A stretch of DNA of 64,000 nt from Pecten maximus. Taxonomy: Eukaryota. The notes under the pieces were generated by a model. That model was given only the letters and a program-made list of their open reading frames with translations, made no database searches and was not told the DNA's origin. This document shows, in pieces, positions 27,513-39,500 of the stretch (position 1 is its first letter; each line of letters begins with the position of its first letter). A program made the translations under genes and the position numbers. The stretch covers positions 28,396,001-28,460,000 of the forward strand of contig NC_047023.1 in NCBI RefSeq assembly GCF_902652985.1, in the 5' to 3' direction.

Positions 27513-30500
27513 ATGGGTATTGGTAACAGAAATACCATCCGTTTCGGAGTGTTGGTACTAGTGCTTTCAACCTGTAAAGGTAAGTACATAAATACTTGAA
27601 AAATACATTGATAGATTAACAATACATTTTACCACAGGGGTTTGATACAAATTCCAAACCATTTATGATTCATATGAATATAATTTGTGCCAAATGCATG
27701 TGAATTTTACGAAATACTAAGTTAAATCATAGTCTACATATACTTTTAGAATTAGAATTTAACGAGTAACCAATTTAGCCTATTACACTTAGTTATAATA
27801 TAGATATTATAACGATCATATCATACTAACTATTATTATTATAATTAAATACACTGTTTGTAAGTCCACGAGGTATTGTCTGTTTATCGTCTTTTTCAGT
27901 TTCCCTGAGTCAGAATGCCAGTAAGTATCACCAATTACATTTCACTTTTTTTTTTCTTTTTTTTTTTACAATACAACATTTTAAAAATACAACATAACGT
28001 CCGGCATCAGCGTTTTTCTTGGACAATGTTTTTATCAAGGCTGGAGTCATTTGGCATTCACATCCATTCAAGATTTCAGAGGTCAAATATGTTAGGCAAT
28101 AAGGAAAATGTTTTCTTTTTTTCAGTTTGTCATTGAACACCATTTTCAATGTAAAATAGACCAAATGTGTTTAAAACCACTTTCTGTTATCCAAGAGATA
28201 CAGGGGAGTTGAGTTTAAAATGTAGTATGCAATAAGGGTCAATTTTGACCCCATTTCCAAAATAAACAAAACGCACACAATATCTTACCCTAGTATTGTT
28301 GCATTTGAAAATGTACTTAATTAAGCGACCTCGTGTGTTGTTGCTTAGCAACGGCCCTTAGAAACGGGCCATATTTAGGGCAGTTTTAATGCCATGTCAC
28401 CAAGAGCGACAATGCTAGATACGTACTTTCACAAAAGTATCCTTATTTAAATACATCCAAATCAAACAGTGTATATCGTCAAAATCGCGGAGAAGGAAGG
28501 TGGCGATAAAGCGAGGTTTTACTGTATATCGTATGGACTGTAACTAGAGTTGGTCGTTATTAACTTGTGATATCATCAACAATCTATCTTAGCAACCAAA
28601 TATTCACCTTAGCAACCACATGTAATGCATATACACATACATATTATTTCGATTTTTTAAATTTCTGTTTTCTGCAGAAGTATCCATTTACATGTTAATA
28701 CTTTGGTCAAAAGTTGTGACTTTGATTAACTTCAAGTGATAACCATGTAAACATATACCTTAGTAACCAATTGCCCACCATAGCAACGAAATGCATGTGA
28801 TATTTACAAATTTATGACATACGATATTACCTTAGTTATTGTTGGTGTTTTAAGGAGCCAGTCATCTGCAGTTGACCAAATTACTTTTATCTTAGAATAT
28901 TTTACCTGTCGTTGGTTTAGATGTTTTTTTCAATCTACAATTGGAATATTTTTGTTGTGCAAGCATGCGCACATAGTTTTTCTTTGCATTAATTCCGACG
29001 AAAGTGGATCAAAATATCGATTTTGAACAAACAAGCTCTATTTAGTAGTAATATATTTTACGCAAATTCATTTTAGAAAAAAATATTGAAAATCAAATGT
29101 AATTTCTCTATCGATTAAAAATGCAACAGAAACCCACCAAACAGTACATGAACTCGTACATGTATATGATTATTCCCAGATGTTCGGGAGCACAATATGA
29201 TGCTATACTGCATACACTTCTTTGCCTGTAGGCTTGTTCACTATTGTGCGGTTTCATGACCTTTGTCCAACTGAAAGGTCACATGAATCAAATATATCGG
29301 ACTTCTTCCTAAATAAAGAAATGGAGATGTACACGACAGAAAAATCTGACATGTAATAAACCTATCGACACGATAAGATCAAATGCATTGGATGCTTTTT
29401 ATAACTATAAACAGGCCCTTTGAGCCACTTGCTTTTTATCGATACTGTAGAGTCATTGCACTGACTATGGGCGCCTTTATCACTTAGTCTTAAACGATAT
29501 CACTTAAACGAGTATGATGTCACTTAAACGACTTTGTGATGTCACTTAAACGACTATGTGATGTCACTTAAACGACTTTGTGATATCACTTAAACGACTT
29601 TGCCAGTAATCCACTCTCGTGTCAATAATACACGCTCGTGAGTCACGGCTGTTACAATTTCCCCCCTCCAAAATCGTGCATTTGTAAACAAACATGGCGG
29701 TGCCAAAACGTTTGAACGTCGGAGACCGTGTATTTTACAACGGAGAAAGCTCTTTGCCAGATTGTTAATTTCTATCAACCCTGAACAGACTTTGCTAAAC
29801 AATATGTTGTAAGGTCAATTTCCACAGGCAACCTTTGGGGAGCATTTCTACATGAATTGCTGGCCGACGTCCCCGAAAGTTCTCGTAACGTTGCCGTCAA
29901 CTGACTTGGGATTGACGTCAGCTTTTGAATATTAATTAGCACGCGCGCCTTATCGTTTCGTATGAATTGTAACAGCCATGTAGCGACACATTTCCCGGGG
30001 TTTCTTTGACGTTTTTCTATTAGGAAGAGGTAGATCTCAGAACTAAACAGTACATGGTAGAATAGAAATAATCAACTTTGACTTGTGTATTGTTGCATCA
30101 TATACAACTCGGACTCGGATATTTTGCAATTTTAATTAATAACTCAGGCCTGCGGCCTTCGTTATTAATTTAATTCCAAAATATTCTCGTCCTCGTTGTA
30201 TATCCTGCAACAATACACGAATCATCGTTTATTATTTCTTAAATAAATGATATCACTTAGTCGGTTGTTAAAGTTATATCACTAAATGGGAATTAAAAGT
30301 AAAATGGCGCCCCATATATGCAACGTCATTTCCGGTGTTCAGTTTCACGTTCAGTTTACTATGAGAAATAACTTTACGGTTCGTTAAAAATACACTGCTT
30401 GGTTATAACGGAGAACACTATGTATCTGTCCATGCTGTCGGTGTGATACTAGTCTCGTTAACGACTATACTATGATGTCATACTAGTCTCGTTAACGACT

Positions 30501-33500
30501 ATATTATGATGTGATACTAGTCTCGTTAACGACTATACTATGATGTGATAGTAGTCTCGTTAACGACTATACTATTTTGGATGTGATACTAGTCTCGTTA
30601 ACTACTATACTATGATGTGATACTAGTCTCGTTAACGACTATACTATGATGTGATACTAGTCTCGTTAACGACTATACTATGCTGTGATATTAGTCTCGT
30701 TAACGACTATACTATGATGTCATACTAGTCTCGTTAACGACTATACTATGATGTGATACTAGTCTCGTTAACGACTATACTATGATGTGATACTAGTCTC
30801 GTTAACGACTATATTATGATGTGATACTAGTCTCGTTAACGACTATACTATGATGTGATATTAGTCTCGTTAACGACTATACTATGATGTGATACTAGTC
30901 TCGTTAACGACTATACTATGATGTGATGCTAGTCTCGTTAACGACTATACTATGATGTGATACTAGTCTCGTTAACGACTATACTATGATGTGATACTAG
31001 TCTCGTTAACGACTATATTATTTTTGATGTGATACTAGTCTCGTTAACGACTATACTATGATGTCATACTAGTCTCGTTAACGACTATACTATGATGTGA
31101 TACTAGTCTCGTTAACGACTATACTATGGTGTGATACTAGTCTCGTTAACGACTATACTATGATGTGATACTAGTCTCGTTAACGACTATACTATGATGT
31201 GATATTAGTCTCGTTAACGACTATACTATGATGTGATACTAGTCTCGTTAACGACTATATTATTTTTGATGTGATATTAGTCTCGTTAACGACTATACTA
31301 TGATGTGATGCTAGTCTCGTTAACGACTATACTATGATGTGATACTAGTCTCGTTAACGACTATACTATGATGTGATACTAGTCTCGTTAACGACTATAC
31401 TATTTTGGATGTGATATTAGTCTCGTTAACGACTATACTATGATGTGATACTAGTCTCGTTAACGACTATACTATGATGTGATATTAGTCTCGTTAACGA
31501 CTATACTATGATGTGATACTAGTCTCGTTAACGACTATACTATGATGTGATACTAGTCTCGTTAACGACTATACTATGATGTGATATTAGTCTCGTTAAC
31601 GACTATACTATGATGTGATACTAGTCTCGTTAACGACTATACTATGATGTGATACTAGTCTCGTTAACGACTATATTATGATGTGATACTAGTCTCGTTA
31701 ACGACTATACTATGATGTGATATTAGTCTCGTTAACGACTATACTATGATGTGATATTAGTCTCGTTAACGACTATACTATGATGTCATACTAGTCTCGT
31801 TAACGACTATACTATTTTGGATGTGATATTAGTCTCGTTAACGACTATACTATGATGTGATACTAGTCTCGTTAACAACTATACTATGATGTGATATTAG
31901 TCTCGTTAACGACTATATTATGATGTGATACTAGTCTCGTTAACGACTATACTATGATGTGATACTAGTCTCGTTAACGACTATACTATGATGTCATACT
32001 AGTCTCGTTAACGACTATACTATGATGTGATGCTAGTCTCGTTAACAACTATACTATTTTGGATGTGATATTAGTCTCGTTAACGACTATACTATGATGT
32101 GATACTAGTCTCGTTAACGACTATACTATGATGTGATATTAGTCTCGTTAACGACTATACTATGATGTGATACTAGTCTCGTTAACGACTATACTATGAT
32201 GTGATACTAGTCTCGTTAACGACTATATTATGATGTGATACTAGTCTCGTTAACGACTATACTATGATGTGATATTAGTCTCGTTAACGACTATACTATG
32301 ATGTGATACTAGTCTCGCTAACGACTATACTATTTTTGATGTGATACTAGTCTCGTTAACGACTATACTATGATGTGATACTAGTCTCGTTAACGACTGT
32401 ACTATGATGTGATACTAGTCTGGTTAACTACTATACTATGATGTGATATTAGTCTCGTTAACGACTATACTATGATGTGATATTAGTCTCGTTAACGACT
32501 ATACTATGATGTGATACTAGTCTCGTTACCGACTATACTATGATGTGATACTAGTCTCGTTAACGACTATACTATGATGTGATACTAGTCTCGTTAACGA
32601 CTATGCTATTTTAGATGTGATGCTAGTCTCGTTAACGACTATACTATGTGATACTAGTCTCGTTAACGACTATACTATGATGTGATATTAGTCTCGTTAA
32701 CGACTATACTATGATGTGATACTAGTCTCGTTAACGACTATACTATGATGTGATACTAGTCTCGTTAACGACTATACTATGATGTGATATTAGTCTCGTT
32801 AACGACTATATTATTTTTGATGTGATGCTAGTCTCGTTAACGACTATACTATTTTGGATATGATGCTAGTTAATTGTTACATTTAATATTGTAAGTTTGA
32901 TGTAATTGTTATTTATCTAGCCTACGTGGGGTACAACATAACGACAGCTACCCCTAATACCCTGAGTGGTCAAAAGACTGTAATTCTGTCCGGAGTCGAT
33001 CTGCCGAGCGGCTGGCTGACGGGATTTCTAGTGACCACGGACGCCAACTGTTCCTTTCAGCTACAACTGTGGACTCGTGTCACTCTCCAGGAACACACCC
33101 TTCTCTTCACTACAGCGGATTTGTCCTTCCTTGCGGACGGACAGCAGCAGGTAGAGTCCAACTTATCCTGGGGTATTACTATAAAAGTCCGCTCGGGCAG
33201 TGTACTAAGGTAACGCTGACATAAAGGGTAGCTATTATCTCAAGAGAAATTCTCAAAATTACTAATGATCGTTCAGAATATCACTGATACAAAGAATAAT
33301 TACTCCTGATGGGAATTGATAACTGGTAAGTATAAGTAGTTCCATATTAAAATTCCGATAAAAAAAATAAAGAAAAATGCTTCATCCCATGTAAAATGCG
33401 CACCGCCTCACATATATTTTGGTACGACCCTCTGGGTCCGAACTGACCCAACCCACCAGCTTTAGGTTTATACGTCCATCACACTACAGGTAGACCTGGG

Positions 33501-36500
33501 ACTCGGAAATGCTATCAATCTGACAGGATCCGAGATACTGGGCTTTACTGCCACGAGCATAGGAGAATGTGTATCCTTTAACTTCGTCATCAACCCACTG
33601 TCGTCATCCATGATCTACTTCTTTAGCCTGTCACCAACGACGGGCAACACCTACACGTTCGTACCGTACCAGGATACCAGCCATTACGGAATAATGGCCG
33701 TTATACAGGGTAGGCAGTCTGGACCTTTTTATTTCAAGTTAACTCTCGGTCAGTTTTGCACGTATGGACGTACCTGTGTGTACGTGACCACAGGGGCTTG
33801 GCACGATTTTCCAAATGATGGTCCATATATATATGTATTGTCACTATAATACATATATATATGGACCATCATTTGGAAAATCGTGCCAAGCCCCTGTGTA
33901 CGTGACGCTTATAGCGGCTTCATTCCTTGAGGGATTTTGATCAAACTTCTCACAATGATAAAGAACTACAGAAATCTCAGAAAAATTCGAGTTCCATGGT
34001 TTTTAGGTCAAGGTCAATGTCACTCTTAAAATTTTCAGCGGGGGCCGGTAGCTTTAGCAATACTCAGTATACTCGTTTATAGATAAAGGTTTCCTCCTGA
34101 CATTTCCTGTAATTGTAACAAGACATGCTTTAATAATGCATTTATTTTGCAACATGGTGTATCCACGTATAAGATTGTAAACACGTGTATTCGTCGGCGC
34201 ATTCTACGTTCTAATAAGGACAGGTAGGTTGATACTGTTCACAGCTTCCTTTGTTTGTTTGTAGATACACAGCCATCCACTGTTGGTAAGTTAATATTTC
34301 TATGTACTTTATATATACAGATGTACTGGTTAAAATCCAGCGATCAACAAGTTCCCAATAAATACAATGTAAGCATACTGTCATCTTTTAGTTTATGTTT
34401 TAACTTGACCATGGTCTGTTCTAGCTTATTCTAGTTTTAAACCGTGACTGTGGTCTGTTCTAGCTTATTCAAGTTTTAAACCGTGACTGTGGTCTGTTCT
34501 AGCTTATTCTAGTTTTAAACCGTGACTGTGGTCTGTTCTAGCTTATTCTAGTTTTAAACCGTGACTGTGGCCTGTTCTAACTTATTCTGGTTTTAAACCG
34601 TGACTGTGGTCTGTTCTAGCTTATTCTAGTTTTAAACCGTGACTGAGGTATGTTCTAACTTATTCTGGTTTTAAACCGTGACTGTGGTCTGTTCTAGCTT
34701 ATTCTAGTTTTAAACCGTGACTGTGGTCTGTTCTAGCTTATTCTAGTTTTAAACCGTGACTGTGGTCTGTTCTAGCTTATTCTAGTTTTAAACCGTGACT
34801 GTGGTCTGTTCTAGCTTATTCTAGTTTTAAAACCGTGACTGTGGTCTGTTCTAGCTTATTCTAGTTTTAAACCGTGACTGTGGTCTGTTCTAGCTTATTC
34901 TAGTTTTAAACCGTGACTGTGGTCTGTTCTAGCTTATTCTAGTTTTAAACCGTGACTGTGGTCTGTTCTAGCTTATTCTAGTTTTAAACCGTGACTGTGG
35001 CCTGTTCTAACTTATTCTAGTTTTAAACTGTGACTGTGGTCTGTTCTAGCTTATTCTAGTTTTAAACCGTGACTGTGGTCTGTTCTAGCTTATTCTAGTT
35101 TTAAACCGTGACTGAGGTATGTTCTAACTTATTCTGGTTTTAAACCATGAATTTGGACTGTTCTAACTCATTTTGGTTTTAAACCGTGACTGTGGGTTGT
35201 TTTGGCTTATTCTGGTTTTAAACCGTGACTTTGGACTGTTCTAACTCATTTTGGTTTTAAACCGTGACTGTGGTCTGTTCTAGCTTATTCTAGTTTTAAA
35301 CCGTGACTGTGGTCTGTTCTAGCTTATTCTGGTTTTAAACCGTGACTTTGGACTGTTCTAACTCATTTTGGTTTTAAACCGTGACTGCGGGTTGTTTTGG
35401 CTTATTCCAGTTTTAAACTGTGTCTGTCGTCTATTATAGCTTATTCTCGTTTTAACATGGCTGTGGCTTGTTCTATCTGCTTTTGGTTTTAACTGGACTG
35501 TCGTCTGGTCTAGCTTATTTTGCTATCTAACTTGACTGTCGTCTGCTCTAGCTTATTTTGCTATCTAACTTGACTGTCGTCTGTTCTAAATTACTTTGCT
35601 ATTTAACCTGACTGTCACCTGCTTTAGCTTATTTTGCATTTTGGCTTGGTCGTTGTTTGTTCTAGCTTATTTGACTATTTATCCTGACTGTCGTCTACAC
35701 TAGCTTAGTTTCCTATTTAACTTTACTGTCGCCTGTTCTTGCTTATTTTGTATTTTGGCTTGGTTGTCATCTGTTCTAGCTTATTTTACTATACAACTTG
35801 GCTGTCGTCTTTTCCAGCTTATTTCGGTTTTAACCAAACCGGTACTGAAGTGCTGCTGTCCTCTGCGTCGGGTATCGGCGTCATGTTGCGTGATATCAGC
35901 CTAATGTTTGGACGCCTTATTGCTTACCACGTAAACATATTCGGAAATGACTGCCAGGTGTATTTACAGTTGTGGAAAACGGTAGACACGGCTACTTTGA
36001 CGTACAGGATGAAGTACACAACACAAATGCAGAACTTTTCAGCGACAGGGTACTACACGGTAAGCATACTTTCATTTTTTTCCTTATAAATCGAGAGAAC
36101 GCCTGTATTTAGAGCAATGAAGCTCAGACGAGACTCTTGTATATTTCACTGTCCCGGCTTCTCTGGTTAGATTTCTTTGATCTGCCCCCAAGCAAGGGGA
36201 ACATCTCAATAACACGCACATTTTAATCTTAATTTATCCATGCACTTAATTTCAGGTGTTTTCATGCATTTCATCCTATGCGCTTCCGACCTTATCACAA
36301 CAACTCGACTAATTCCGTCAAGATTCGAGAGTTTGATTCCGAGCTTTGACGGAAATGAACGAGGAATCACTGTTTTTCACACTCTGTTATAAATATATCC
36401 GTTGATATCTTGCCGTTGTTTTGTATGTGTAGGTAGATGTAACAGAACCCGTGATTGTGACCGCTGATGATCGGATCGTTTTTGTGGACGTGTCGCCAAC

Positions 36501-39500
36501 GCCATGTGTGGTGTTTGAGTTTACTCCCGTCCCCGCGCGAATGTCCCCATCAAGTTCAGCTGACTTCCGGGCTGGAATAGCGATCGAGGGAGCGGAAGTT
36601 GTGTTCCACCATTTCCAAGTCACGCACAGATTTTCTGTAATGGTGGAAATTGACGGTGAGTTGTTTGATTTATAAAAAAAAAAAATTTAAATCCCCGTAG
36701 CGGCTTTCCTTATGACGCGTCATTGTGTACCTTGTGGTCAGTTACGTCTGCTTTTCCATATGAAATAGAACATGTTCCATTCGGTCTGCTTGGCAGATCT
36801 GCCTGCTGATGGCTATCTTACACGGCATGTTTTACCACAGGTGGTCAAACCAAATGTGGAAAACAAACCGTGTAAATGGGTCTTTATATCGACATTACTC
36901 GTCCAATAGTTCTTTTTCGGCATAGCCGTATAATATTCTTTTGTCCCCAGATATGACGCGACAGGTGGCGTTACTGGTCACGATGAAGTATGTGATTGGT
37001 CAATGTAGCGGTAAATGCAAAATGCAGATATGCCGTTAAAGACGAAACAAAATCAAGATTGTATGCAAGCTGGATAAGTGGATGTATATATTCAATGCAG
37101 TCTTTTTATCATCATAAATGATTCAAACTGATATAATTTTGTTATCCGTGCTGAAACGCATTAATTAATTAGTTCGTTTGACTTTAAACATATTTTATTG
37201 TCTAAACAAGAACAATAGGATTAGGCACAAGTTATTACAACTTATGAAGCCTTCTCCATTCAACATGTTAATATTTACAAGTAATGACATAGGTATAATA
37301 TATAGTAAATCATGTAACAATTAGGAGGAAAAATGGATAATTTAACATACAATATACATTTACATAATAAAGAGATACAAGTATATATATTCAAAATCTT
37401 CTGCTGGACTTTATGAAAGACTGCACATATCCAAATACATAACTATTTACTTCCAAAGCCAAGTTTTCATTACCATATAATAACAAATTTAAATTTACAT
37501 GTATATTTAAATCATTAAAATATTGGAACATTTCAGCACGAGCAGTAGCATATATTGGACATTCAAAAAAGAAATGATGCACATTTTCACAAATGTTACC
37601 ACAGTTTACACAAATAGAGTCCTCTGCCAAATTTACACGAAAAAGATCATCCTTAAGAGAACTACACTTATATCTTAATTTTGTATGTATTATATTAAAC
37701 TTTCTTTCACCATAATTATAGTAGCAAGGCAGACTAGTAGAAATAGGTTGAGAGAGAGCTAGTTTGAAAGAAGAAAGAGAAATGGATTTAACATTGTCGT
37801 CTAAATTGTTCCAGTTTCTTAAGGTAGAGGGAAAGAAGGAGTTTATTGTAGAAGAGAGTCTGTAATTTGGAATTCTGAAATTGTCCTTATTTCTTAAAGG
37901 GTAAGGGTTATTATTTCCCACTGAAGGAGGTAATAAGTTAGATAGATAACTTGGAGTCATATTATTTTTTATTTTATAAAGTAATTGAAGATTTCTTTTA
38001 GCTCTTCTGTCTGAAAGTGGTTCCAAAGATGTTTCAAAATATAAAAATTCTTTTCTTGTATAAGATGGTAGACCAGTTATTATTCTAGCTGCTTCAAGCT
38101 GAGCCCGCTCTAACTTTTCTGAGTCAGCTTGAGAGCATCCGCCCCAAACCTCACATGCATATTCCAGAACAGGTAAAATAAATGACTTATAAATTCTTAA
38201 AAGAGCATCACGCTTTAACATATATTTAATTTTCCTTAAAACATTTATTTTTTTCATTACTGATTTGTATATCTCATCAATGTGGTCAGACCATTTAGCA
38301 TTTGAATTAAATATTACTCCAAGATGTCTATGTAAACTACTAAAATTTAAAAAGGTTCCATCAAAAATTAAATCAAGATTTTCTTCAATATTGTCGGAGT
38401 TTGATATAAAAATTATCTCAGTTTTATTAGGATTAAAAGAAACAAGCCAAGTTTTTGCCCACTGATTTAATTTTTCTAAATCTCTGTTTAAAACTAATTC
38501 AATTTCTCGGCATGAAGAAGACGACTTTATAAGAGAAGTGTCATCAGCAAATAAACGTGCTGTTGACTCAAGTTCATCAGCTATGTCATTAATATATATT
38601 AAAAAAAGAAGAGGTCCTAGAATTGAGCCCTGGGGAACTCCAGCCATTATCATACCAGCATCAGAAGATGAACTGTTAATATATACTTTTTGTTGTCTGT
38701 TACATAAATAGTTTTCTATCCAGGACAAGAGGTTACCTGAAATACCATATGAATTTAACTTTGTTAGGAGACCTTTGTGCCAGACTCTGTCAAAGGCTTT
38801 CGAAATGTCACAGAAAATCATACAAGTATGTTTCTTTTCTTCTAGATTTAGACAAATGTTATGATAAATTTCAATTAGTTGGTATACTGCTGAATTTCCA
38901 GGCATAAATCCTGCTTGAAACCGATAAAATAATGCATTTTCAAAAAAATAATTATACAAGTGCTTAAAAATAACCCTTTCTAACACTTTCCCAACAGTAG
39001 AGAGAAGAGATATGGGACGATAATTTGATATAGAATGCCTATCTCCTTTTTTAAAGAGGGGCATAACTTTAGCTGTTTTCCATATATTTGGAAAAATACA
39101 AGTAGATAAAGAAAAATTAAAAAGAAGTTCAAGGGGTTTACAAACTGTATATGCTGTGTATTTAAGCATATGATGACTTATACCATCTTCACCTGAGGCT
39201 TTTCCAAGCTTTAAATTTTTTAAAACATCACAAATTTCATTAGAAGTAACTAATAAGGAATTTAAAGAGCTGTTAGTTTTTGGCTCTAAGACAGGCACTT
39301 CACTATTATTATCATCAATATTAGTAATACTACAAAAATATTCATTTAATAAATTTGACTTGTCTTTATCATCGACAGATATATGACCAGTGTTTGGGTC
39401 TATAAGAGTAGGGATAGACTCTGTCCCTGAATTATTTATAAGTCTCTTTATTAGCTTCCAATAGTTTTTAGGATCTCCTGAATAATAATAATCAATAAGA

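Noticed and set aside
30362-30440. Possible extra phase-1 exon just before the 34-bp satellite
   Set aside because: Weak donor (GTGTGA) and no clear acceptor; exon 27513-27579 already supplies an in-phase leader.
30441-32870. CRISPR-like appearance (short palindromic repeat, many copies)
   Set aside because: Units are contiguous with no unique spacers, there are no cas genes, and the context is a eukaryotic intron.
33571-33579. GTATCCTTT U12 donor consensus inside exon 33490-33709
   Set aside because: The frame continues through it (CVSFNF, aligned with CVVFEF in repeat 2) to a normal donor, and no matching U12 branch site was seen downstream.
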